NCBI GenBank assembly: GCA_051362555.1
Contig: CM120649.1
Span: 930,001 to 994,000 of the forward strand
Direction: 5' to 3'
From: Lingula anatina
Lineage: Eukaryota; Animalia; Brachiopoda
DNA: 64,000 bases
Part shown: piece by piece, positions 49,753-61,682 of the stretch
Layout of the letters: the number at the start of each line of letters is the position of its first letter
Position numbering within the stretch: position 1 is the stretch's first letter
Position numbers and translations under genes: made by a program
Notes under the pieces: generated by a model
Database searches by the model: none
Told to the model about the DNA's origin: nothing
The model's input: the letters and a program-made list of their open reading frames with translations, nothing else

Positions 49753-50167
49753 AGACCTGGTTCCCATCCCTAGATCGATCTAACAGGATCGGCCCATCTC
49801 CAAGCGGCTAGACGTCTATGACGCCCACTAAAGCTGCTAAACGATAGTTAATTGCCCCCTATCAGCCTCAGCAGGCGTGGCAGACATCTAAACCGCCCAA
49901 GTTAATTGCAATTAGGCGAGAATCCCCACAGGGATAGTTCGATCCAAAGTTAGTACGATAGGGTCTGGGAATGGTCTCTGGATCGACCTAACTCCCTGGG
50001 GGTTCACGCTAAATTGCTATCGGCTGAAGAGGCTTTGGCCTATATGTCTGTCGAGCCTACTGAATCAGCTAGAGCGTAATTAACTGGGCCTCGCCGACAG
50101 CAGATAACAATTTAGTGAGACTCCCCGTGGAGATAGATCGATCCAAATATCTGTGGGAAATGTCCCT
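49753..50167. mobile_element. Two abutting units of the palindromic element family
   Basis: 49753-49979 is a reverse-complement relative of 5256-5502; 49980-50167 begins with the reverse complement of ~25657-25696 and ends like the 25517 copy. Confidence 0.75.
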
Positions 50168-53099
50168 AAGTCGTGTACATTGGCGCCGATATCTAAAGCC
50201 CCTTTGCAACAACGTCACTTCCGGGTGAACCTGATGGTGGGCGAGGGGATGCGCAGTTCGTAGTGAATTGTCGTGACGACATAGCGATTGGAAGTCAGGG
50301 GCTGTGCATTATTTTAATTTGTATTTTCAACCCTGTTTTTGGTGTCAGTGCGAGTTTGTGTGAACTAATATGTAAAAGTCTAAAACATATAGCAATGCCT
50401 TGAAAAAAATCACGGTCTGAAGTTGGCGGGTTTGGCCAACTCTCCATCTACTGGTAGGACTACATAGCTTTAAGGACAACTATCTCTTACCGGATATCCA
50501 AATGGTCATTGTCGGCCAGTGGGGCCAGTAACGTCACATGCACAGCTCTGTGTATTAGTCCAGTCAAAATAAAGTGACTTTTCCCTTTCCCTTTTATAGA
50601 ATATAAGACACTTGAGACGTTAAATTGTCGAAAGCATCACATTGTAATGTCGCCAATTCTTTATCTTTTGCTTTGTTTGTCTGTTTGTTTGTTTGTTTGT
50701 TTGTTTGTTTGTTTTTAGGTCTTATTTTAATGAGCTTGCCAAGCATGACAAACATTGCCAGTTTATTTTCTCTGGGAAACATTGGAAACGCACATGTTCT
50801 TAAGGGCGCACGCACTTTTAACATATCTATAGCTTTATCCGATTCCCCGTCCTGGGTGGTTTTTTTATCTTTCATCAACAGAACTACATATTGACTTTTA
50901 GTGCTAATGTGATGTTAACTTAACTGCAAAGTGCATTCATCAAAAATACTCGCAAACTTGCCTTTTTGTTAAATGTAAATTGTACAGTTGCCTAGACACA
51001 ACGGTTCAGGTAGACATGAATGATTATGAAAACCAGAATGAAAATATATCTGCATTACAGACCTACAGTAAACAGAAATTCGGTTACATTAGATTAGATT
51101 TTGATTGTTATTAGATTATTAGTGGTGATAAATGTGGTAGAGCTTGGTACGACGTGTGCGTATAGACATGGGAATGTCAACAAATTGAGGTAAAACAAAT
51201 GTTTCATCCCCCTCTTCGTCTCACACGATTACTAGCTTTACAAAATTCTGCAAGCAAAAACTGCTCCTATACAGAACAAAACTTTGGCATCACTTTTATT
51301 TTTCCTCGCTCGCTATAGAATGTGTGTGTGTGTGCGCTTTGTGTTTCTTTATTTTATTTAATTTTATTTTCAAAGTAATTAACACATTTTGGAATAAGCG
51401 AGGTTTATCGTATGAGCGAGCCTGAAATAATGGCAGATTAGTAAGTGCTGTGGGGCAACGAATGACAGCTAATCATAGAATTAGTTTGTCCTCTGATATT
51501 TTATAGTTGTTCTCGAATTAAAGTCTATTGCACAACATTTTGCCACCCCTGTACCTCACGCCTTTCAGTAAAATTATCCTCATCTGCTATTTCACGCATT
51601 AAGAAATTATCCTTGTGTCCCCCCCCCCCCCCCCCCCGTTTTCCCCGCCGCTCTTTCTGCAAAACCCTAGATCGCCCGTTGCACCCCCCCCCCTCTTCTC
51701 TCTCCCCTATTTCTGTGCACTCGTGTCATCCATTAACGAGACGCTCTCGTGCCTTGCCCTCATCCAAGCTCGCCTAGTCCCCCAGTCCCTGTGGTTAGAG
51801 CACATTGGAGCCACAGGTCTGGACCGCTATCATGCCAAACGCTATCATATCATTCCAAAATTGTTAAATCGCTATTATATATAACATGGTCATGTAATGA
51901 CATTGTTTGATGCACGTTATACCCGTGTAGCGGGAGATAGGTAGATCTGGGCAGGACACGTGTTATATGTGGAACTGAGGGGGGTTCTCACAGAACGCAG
52001 CGCATACTGTCTGGAAAATTGTACCCGGCTGCCGGTGGGAGATTTCAGAGATTTCACTGTCGATGCACTTATATAATGTTTGATTAGGATATTGGTAGGG
52101 TTACGATGACATGAATGTGATATTGGACTGGTTTCACGGTCTTTGTATTAACGCTGACTAGAATACGCTGCTTGCAGATGGACATGACGCTCACATAACA
52201 GAACGCGTTGTAAGGAAATGCCGCAGGTTTCACTAACACATGCGTCGTTGAATATAAATCTCAATTCAAAAATCTATGCTGTTTGCATATTGTTTTAACA
52301 CACTGAAATACTACAAACATGGCATATTTCATTTTCTGACGAAGCCTGAGCTTGTTATCCTTGTGATATAATTTGACGAATCATGCAATCACGACACAAA
52401 ACAGCAGCATGTCAAAATTTTCCATTAAGAGGTTGCTTAGTCATGAGACGTTATTTTACTGATTTTTTTTTTTTTTTTTTTTTGTAAAACTAAGGACGGA
52501 TGACGATACCGAAAGATAAACGACGTAAGTCAGGTTTTTAAAAAGTCTACATGTATTTTTTCCATCTGTGAGAACAAAAGAATTCACAACTGCTTGCTCA
52601 AAATGACGTTTAGCCGAAATGAAAATTAAGGAACGAATTAGACCGGGTTTTGACTTAAGACGACTAAGAAAATGGTCGATAATAAAGAGAAGATACTGAA
52701 GGAAATCCATGACAGCGGTATTTTTCTTCATCTCCACGCTCTCCGACAGATGGCGACAGCGTCGTCAGTTCCCACATGGCGTCCAATAATTAAATAATAA
52801 TTTAATGAGCCCGCTGTATCTGCTGTGGTTATATGCTTACACTATGCGTTTTGCCATTGTATGGGACGGATTGGGGCGATTTGAGTTGATACTCGATCAT
52901 AGACTTGTGGTGTTTTCTCGGAATATATGGGATTCCGGTAGAACTCTACCCTGAATCCACCTCCCCCTACCCTCTACCCTCTACCCAGGCCGCAGTTATT
53001 ATTGTGGACATTTTTGGCTGAATCGACTGAGAGCCACAATGACTGTCTATTTATCTAGAGACATATCTGTGAATATCTGTGGAAAATCAATCTGTCGCC

Positions 53100-53145
<46 letters not shown>

Positions 53146-53156
53146 TATTATTATTA
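53100..53156. repeat. (TAT)n microsatellite
   Basis: Direct observation. Confidence 0.95.
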
Positions 53157-56100
53157 ACAAAAATATGAAGGATTTGGTAGAAAATGTTCAATCAAAAGTG
53201 AATTATCAAACTTGGTAAAATGAAGGGGACGTAAAGAAAAATCAAAGATATACCGAAAATAAATATTTTTTTAGAATTGCGTTTAACGCCGTCAGACAAG
53301 AACGCTACAGTTAAAGCTTCGCCGCTTTGTCCTGGTGATATCCTAGTAGGGTTTTAACTCGTCTCTTGATAAACGGGCTTATCTATCAAATATAGCCGGG
53401 GGGTCCATTTTTGTGGTAGCAATATCTATTCTTGGTGCATTTTCTGTATTTTTATCCTCACCCAGTCGCTATAGCGGACACGTTCCATTTCCCTTCAAGC
53501 TGCTCTAGGTGTTGAGATTCTGGTTTACTGCTACCACAAGTCACTGCTGGGCAATTTGTGGTTTTTGGCTGCTTGTTCGACAGAGGAGTACTGTAATCAG
53601 AGCGTGTACCTCAATCTTGAATCTACATACCTAGCTTCAGCGTTAACATTACGTATCTAGAGGCAGTTGTTGCCACGGCAGCAGTGAGGGGATGATCGAG
53701 GGGGTCGCAATGAGCGTGCCACGCCCCCCTCCCTAGCTAAGGCGGTACCCAGTTCTCTCCTTTCTGCTATAAAAAAAAAACGTCATTGCAAGCTACACTG
53801 GACAAAAGTAAGCAATGGTTTCATTCCTGTGTTCTACTTATTCCAGTGATTTTGCCCTCGTCTGCAACTTTTTACCTAATTTGACGATCATTTTTTGGAA
53901 GTGAAGCGAGGTAAAAAAAAAAAAAATTCGCATGTCCCCCAAGTTCGTCGTCTGACGCATTTTAGCTCAGTCTAATAAATGTTTGGATGTGTACCACAAA
54001 CTTGTCATTATAACCATTGCTCAGTTACATTACACAACATCAGCAAAGAATCCATGGGTTGTTTTAATTCATTCAGGAACAATTATCTATTCTTCGGTCG
54101 ACAGTTATATCGCCATTATTCAACGACATTTATATTAGTAGCCGTCGTGTAGTCATTGTTTCAAAAAATATGAGGTGCTGACATGATATTACAAGACAAT
54201 CATCGAAACACAGTTAGAGTTATCATTCCACCCCGAGTGTCAGGGTTCATTCCCAGTGAAAACTATCGGTTTATAATATAACTATCAAATCAGAGTGCAT
54301 GTTTAAAAAATAATACAGATTCAACTAAAGAAGAATATATCATTAGGAGACCGAACAATGTACGTGTTTTTTCTATTATCATTTTACTTCTTAAGGCCTT
54401 GCTGCTAGAAATTTATCCAAGCGTTTCACTTTTCTTTTTCTTTTCTTTTTTTTTTTTTTTTTTTTTTTTCTCACGATAAAAGTTTGATCAATTTTCTCAA
54501 CAGTAGCTTATAGCTAACTAATTCGTGTCAAAGCAGCTGCTCAGAAGACGAGCCCGTAATAATTGTCTGGCCAACCATTAAGCCAAAGCAATCTCATCCC
54601 GACGGCGCCAAGACAGCAACCTATCCCAGGGAGCTCCGCGCGGGGTACACGCGCTTCCAATTGTTCTATCTTATATTACCGACCCTGTGTTTAATTACTC
54701 TCAGACCACATGGTCCGCTACAAATCTGTTATAAAACCATTGTATTCTTTAATTTTATATACTTTTTAGAGGCCCCTGCTATAAGAGAGACTACTGGTGT
54801 GACTTTTTTTCCAGAAACCGAAGGGAGGGGGGGTCACACGCACACCCCAAAATCCGCCACTGTTAGGGAACTGGACCACGATGGAAAATCTCCTCCTTTT
54901 CGATGAGCAACTAACAAAAAGTGCCTTATCCATGCTAAAATTCTACAAATTATTTCGCGGGTGCAACGCCGTGGGTCTGAATTCGGTTGTTGTCTATCCT
55001 TCTCTCGTTTCCCCCCTTTTTTTAGAAAAAAAATCTCCGTGTTAGCAATCCAATCCTAATTGTAAGCGCCAGCATTAATGGACGCGGACCGACCGTAGCG
55101 TGTGTAGATGTAATCTAATTATGTGAACTAGCGCCGCGTGTCACTGCCGGTGGTATTGTAAACAAGAGGGACGGAAGCCTGGATGTGACAGTTGGTTTAA
55201 ACACTGTGCACGTGTGCGAGGGTGCCTGCGTGCGCGTCATGTAACTCGGTTCCCTGCAGGGCTATTACACACTCGCGCGCACACGCAAACTCACACAATG
55301 ATTAGAAGAAGAAAAAAGAAAGAAATAAGGAAAGAAAACGTTTTTTCAGCATTTCTACATATTATTCCTTAAGACAGACGTAATGATAATAAGGGAATCT
55401 AAGAGTCTTGTGGACATTCACCCTATTCTAATTTTTTCTTTTGGTGGGGAGGGGAGGTGGAACATTCAAAGCTAAAGCGTCTGTGCTGCCCCCCCTCCCC
55501 CTTCCCCTTGCTGGTTCATGTATTGCCTTTAAACCCATCTATTTAAAGAAATCATCAGCGTGCCAGTTGGGCACCTTTACATGAGTGTTACTGCAGCGTT
55601 GGGTAGCAAGCAAGCGTTTATTTCCCAAAGGTTGACTTAGAACGATTTTGCTTAAAACGATCCCGAGCGCAGCCTCTGTCTCTAGCGGTGGAGTATACGG
55701 TACACTACTGTCGCGGCAGAAAATTACGACAAACAACTTTGGCGACTGAAACCTTCGCGTCGGCGCATTTCCCTTTCACGGGATGGTGTAGTCATTTTGA
55801 GGGCTTCTCGTTTCATAACTTTAACCTTAAACCCAGGACTTGTTTCCTTCTTAACTCTTGTAGTAATTTTGCAGCCTCTTCATTTCATCAACGTAGCCTT
55901 CGAAATTACGAAAAAAAATCTTTAGCGATTTGAACTTATTTATCAGTCGGATGAGTTCGCTTAGGAAAATAGGGTGGCGTTACTGAAGTTTCTCTATTCA
56001 ATAAATGCGTCTGGGTCTTTTCCTTCCTTAATCTCCGTTAGTAATTTCAAAATCGTCCATTTCATCAACTTAACATCAATTGTAAGTAACATTATTAAGC

Positions 56101-56604
56101 AAATGGAAGAACTCTGATTCGATTACGGGCACTTCAGTTCATATAAGGTATATATAAGCTGATCTAGGGGAATAATTTCCAGTGCGCAATTTGTACGCAG
56201 TACAGAAGAAATGATCTTGAATTGAATTCAATTCAATTTATTTCTGTACTGGTACATAGATCATCACGACCTTGTATAATATAATATACTAAGAATGACA
56301 TGTCGGTTTCTTCTTTCCTTGATAAAAAATTCAATTTCCTTCTTTTTTTAATTATCTTTTTGCTGAAGGAGATTGTCAGTTGAAATGCACTTACATTAAT
56401 CTAATTCGTTTATCCACATTCACTTATCTATTATATTTTAATCAGAAATATTTATTACTTATTCACAAATCTATCTATTTTTTATTTTCATTTCTAACTT
56501 TTTCCATTCTTTCAATCTCTCCCGTATCGGCAAACGAAGGGACGTATTCATTTGACTACTGACATAGTGCATTAGTCCAAACCCATCTCAACTCGAGTTA
56601 ATTG

Positions 56605-57233
56605 TTCTAATGACGTCACGCAGCGCGTCCCGCCAGGCCCGCTCGTCTGTCCGTCTGTCTGCGACTGAGACCCGAGTCTCCAGTCTCCCCGAAATCTCCG
56701 CTCGACGACATCCTCGTTGAATTTTCATGACATTAAGTAGTGATGTTGAGACCCTGTTGGTACGCACGGAGAGCCATGTGTGCCCTAGACGTGGATATCT
56801 CACAGGAGGATGTGAAATAATGTTAGTCCGTGGGGCCGGGAGATTGTTTATCCATTACAGGGCCCGTGCCGGGGATTTTGACATAGGGTATTACGATCGC
56901 TGATCATGATAGCGCAATTTCGCGTGCGATTTCTGCTGAACGACGAACGCAGCGCTCCAAACGCACGGGCTCTCTCCCGAGCTGCTCGCTTACCCTCTGG
57001 GCACTGACTTCTCAGAAAATCCAGTGCAAACGAGACGCCGGTAAAGCAATTAAGTCAAGACATTCTTTTAAATTGAGCTATCTGCACAGAAGGATTTTTT
57101 TCTGGATTTGTGGGAGACGTTGTTGTTGGAATATTTTAGTATTTGTACCATAGACTGTAGACTAGACGCGACAGAGAGTCATCTGGCGCTATTGAGTCGC
57201 CCGAATTTTACTGGATTATACACAGAAGATAAG
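56605..57233 (+). other. Probable promoter and non-coding first exon of a + strand gene continuing beyond the window
   Basis: CpG-rich patch, full CRE TGACGTCA at 56611-18, strong donor AAG|gtaaga at 57234 followed by a switch to AT-rich sequence; no coding exon found downstream. Confidence 0.4.
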
Positions 57234-58097
57234 GTAAGATATAGTTAATAAAGTACAAACACGAGAAATGATAAAGCGTACTTAACGTTTTGAAGTTTTT
57301 GCTAAATATTTACTTTGAATTAGGAAGTGATACATTTTAGATAATTTTTAAGATAAAGCTGAAATAGTGTGCTCGTGCGAGAAAGAGCATGGTGATTTTA
57401 TCATAGGCTCAAATGGACGCTTCAATATAATTAATATCTAGCAAAAAAAAAAAGCGAAATACCGTTTTTTAAAAATTTGAAGCATGCTATAATAACGCGT
57501 TAACACCAAAAGTCGCGTGTAAATCTTTCGACACTGATATTAAGAACACCCGCAAGATGATTGACGTGTGTAGCACGGGGAAACACGTGTTAAACAACCC
57601 TAATATTGTACTCGGGTGGAATCGAGGAATTAAAAGGCCATTTATAGGATTTTCATTTTTATATTAACTGACGTTGAATTAATATCGAACGACGGTTAAA
57701 TTCGGGGATGTTGTGACATTCTGGGGCGAGTATGCCGACCGCGTTCACCTTTCACAATGTACGTGCTACTCCATTCGTTAAGTTAGCGTGGATTGAAGGC
57801 TCTTTTAAGCAGTTTGATTTCGATATTCGAGTAGCCTACTATTGAAAATGGAATTCATTTTTATTCTGTTGCGAGGTAGAAAGATGAAAATTAAAAAAGA
57901 GGCGTTGTGCTTAGGGAAATTTAAGTCTGTCTTACGTCCATTGGAGATATAAACAAAGAATGTATTCTAGATAAAATTTCAGCTCTATTTCTCAAAATGA
58001 TTTTGACAAGGAAATACGTTACAAAGGTCTCGTTGTATTTATTTTATTACGGCGGCTTTCTGTCACCAGAGCCTTTGGCTTGCCGGCGTTTGTAGCT

Positions 58098-58099
<2 letters not shown>

Positions 58100-58136
<37 letters not shown>
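58100..58136. repeat. (CT)n microsatellite
   Basis: Direct observation. Confidence 0.95.
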
Positions 58137-58138
<2 letters not shown>

Positions 58139-58715
58139 ATAATACACAGAAAGCTATGACTAAACCGGGTGTTTTAAGTTCTGTACCAACATCATTAGAT
58201 TTAATTAAGTTTGAACGGACAAGTCTTCAAATGTCGTTTTCTTTTTTCACCCATGCTTTCTTTAGTGAGAAGTATAAATAAAAATGGAATGTATACATTT
58301 TGAAAAGTCCGGTCTAACACTCCCTAAGCTCCCTTTATCGGCTATTCATAGATAAACTGATGGCTCATAGCTTTAAAAACGAAAAAAGTAATTAATTTCA
58401 TTTTAAAATCATTTGACGGGGCATTCTGACAGTACTTTTTTTCATCTATCAGTATCATTGAAAAGGCCGTTTGTCTATCGGCTCCAATGCATTTATTACC
58501 ATTGCAAATTTCACATTTAGCTCATTTGACGGGAAAGTCTGACAACAATCTTCCAATGATGAATTCCATTGTATATATTTTCTCTTTTGGCGCTTGCTCC
58601 TTCCATGGAAGTGACAGGTGACGTCGTCTGCGCTGTGTATCAGTTCGCGGGAATTAGCCGCTTGGTTGCAGTGCTGATGGGGCGTTTTGATAAGATTTGA
58701 CTGACACTTTTCATT

Positions 58716-58930
58716 GAGAGAGAGAGAGAGAGAGAGGGGAGGGGGGAGACAGAGAGAGAAAGGGGGGGAAGGGTGGGGGAGACAGAGAGAGAGAGAGGGG
58801 GTGGGGGAGAGAGAAAAGGGGTGGGGGGAGAGAGAGAGAGAGGGAGAGAGAGAGGTTTCAGATGTGTTGTCCGCTTTATCAGATCGGTCAGCAAAGGGGG
58901 AAGGCCCACTGTCAATGCTCTCTCGCGATG

Positions 58931-58982
<52 letters not shown>
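58716..58982. repeat. Polypurine (GA)n/G-run tract (58716-58855) followed by (CT)n tract (58935-58982)
   Basis: Direct observation; explains the low-complexity ORFs in the track. Confidence 0.95.
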
Positions 58983-58985
<3 letters not shown>

Positions 58986-61513
58986 TTTCATATTTAAAAA
59001 AACGTTTAACTGACAATAACTATTCAAACTTCAGTCAGTCAAGATTATTATGACTGGACTTTCTGATATAAAGTAAATTACTTAAGGACTTATAATTTCT
59101 CCCAGTAGACGTGGGATAAGAGAGCCCCTCCTATCAAATCATAGTTAATCAAAATTTCTGTACACCAAAATATCTGCCTCTGCCTCTTATTTATAAATAC
59201 ATATTAATGTCTGTAGTTTAGTGCATACAGGTAGAGTAGCATAATGTTTTGGGTCGGAGGTCTTTCATCACAGAACTAAAATCTATTGAAGGAAGTGCAG
59301 ATTATGGAATGATTTAATGTAATTTATAGCACGTTGAGTTTAGCCAGCAAACCGCGGAGCATATTTCTGTACAACAGTTCAAGAACAGGGTGCGTTGATG
59401 ACTTATTTATTGAAACCTCCTATCACTTTTCTATCAACACATTCTAATTGCGTGACTTTGATCTTATCAGTCGTGTATCTTCAGTATGGGTGCGGAGTGA
59501 ACCAGTAGCAATGTGGAAAAGGGTTTGATTTTTGTCCCGCGGAGAGTTCTTCATTCGTAATTAAAAAGAAAAAAGCAGGCCTGTTTGTCGTAAAGGGTGT
59601 ATATTTAGCCACAAGTATCTCCTCTCTGAAAGAGAAGCACTTAATATCATACTATAAATCGTCTTTAAACGCATATTTGTGGTACCGTAGTCATCATCAT
59701 CATCATCATCAAGATAACTTAATGTTCTCTCGTGTCTCTGTCTACTAGCAGCCATTTGTGGATGGTCCATCTTCTCCGAAATAGTGGAGGTTTTTAGGGG
59801 GCCTGGGAAGGTCCTAATATTTATGTACTCGCTTGATCTGATGCGACTTCACCCATGTTGTTTGAGGAACGGTTTCTGATCATGAAAATCCCGTGCATGA
59901 ATGGAATTTGGACGGTTTTTGTAGAAGGTGGAAGTTAGTTTTTGAGGCATCGGTGCGATTCTCTGGTCTTACATTTCTTTTTCTCCCTCCTTTTCTTATA
60001 GATCCACCCCACCCTCTCTGTCTCTCTCTGTCTCCTAGCGATCTCCATGCTTCTTTTTTTTCGCTAAAATAACACGTACTGTTCACGTACAACATGTAAT
60101 ATTTATGGGTAGTCTTGGGTAGTTTCTCTGGAGAAAAATTTACTAGAACATTTGCAACGTGACTCCGCTCCTGGCTCACTTCTCCTCGTGTAAACCCTCC
60201 TTAACTACCCCACTTAGCATCGCAGCGCGTCTCTCCCCGCTAAAACCGACTATCGCAAGACAGAGGTCGGAGGGTCGAGAGCGCGCGTCAACACTTGAGG
60301 AGGGTAATTAGAACTTAATGAGAGCCTAATCGGTCGTGAAGTACCGATTAAACCGTCCAGATAAACAGTGAGAAGACACTTCAGCGCTCTAACGCCAGTC
60401 TGTGCCTCCCTGTATCTCCTGCTCCCTGCCCAGAGAGACGCCGGCAAAGGAGGTCCCGTCGACGTCTGAAGGGGGGCTGTTCAAAAAGATATTTAGCCTG
60501 TAAATTGCTCTAAACCCTACAGGCTAAATTTTAAGTCGTCTTTGCCCCGAGAAAAATCAGTAATATTCCAACTGAATGAAATATTGCGCCTGTTTTATTA
60601 CGGTATCAAGAACTAGGGTGCTTTTCATGTAAACTCCTTATATTCTTTTTCCTTTTACCTCATACCTCTTTTACTCACCCAGTTTCACAAATAAATTAAT
60701 AGATAAATAAAGAAATAAATAACATAATAAATCACAAAAAAATATTAAATTTGAAATGAAACGGCAAGGATCTGCAATAAAAAAAACAATTTCCGAAATG
60801 AAATAATAACAATTAATCAGCTTCATCAAGAACGTAAAGAATGTTTAAATACGAACAGTTTAAAACGTAAAGCACATTTGTATAGATTTGGAATTATTTC
60901 CCCTACTAAGAGCGCCGTCATTAAGCACCGATGGAGGTATGACTACCAGGGGAAGAATCTACCTCCAAATAACGGGGGCCGTCTATCAAGAGATCGCGAT
61001 CGTGATAAAAATCACCAAGTACATTCCTCCTTTTATCTGGTGCTAAATTACAAATTGGTCCAATTTGGGTTCAAAGTGAGCCAAATTAGCCATTTCTTTG
61101 TTGGGGAGTCCACAGACTAAATATCAATTTGTCAAAGGTATAAGGTCCTACAATCGTCTGAGATCTGTAGGCCTAACTTACATTTATCCATCAAATCTCT
61201 TCTAAGAACTGATTTGAGTTTGATTTCCCCAAAAAATAATTACACCCATTTCTTTCTGCAGAGGATCCTCTCATTTTTTTAAATTTTTTTTTCACTGTCA
61301 TTCCTTGAGCTTCAGATTCTCGCAGACTATCTCCTCAAATGGCGGTGACAAGAAAATCTACCCCCCCCCCCCCCCCCCCCGCCCTTCGATTTTTGAAGTC
61401 TCTCCGTACTTATCATGATTATTGATTATTGTAATAACCCTTTTGTTTCTCGTGTTATTTTTGTACCTATCTCGGTGTCTCTACTCCTATTTTGGGGACT
61501 AAAATACTGATCA

Positions 61514-61682
61514 CAGGGGCGGATTTAGGCCGTCTTCTGGGTCTTTCGGAAGACGGTCAGATTTTCAAGTTTACGCTGACGGGTATCTATATGTTTATGT
61601 CAGAAGACGGTCAAAAAATGGAGGATGGATCAACAAATATAGTATGGAAGACTGTCAGAAGATATCTCTGGATCCGCCCCTG
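61514..61682. mobile_element. MITE with CAGGGGCGGAT TIRs (relative of 24636-24826)
   Basis: caggggcggattt...ggatccgcccctg, flanked on both sides by GATCA (61509-13, 61683-87). Confidence 0.82.

Noticed and set aside
58455-59053. 190-aa and overlapping ER/SL-rich ORFs
   Set aside because: Produced by (GA)n/(CT)n microsatellites.
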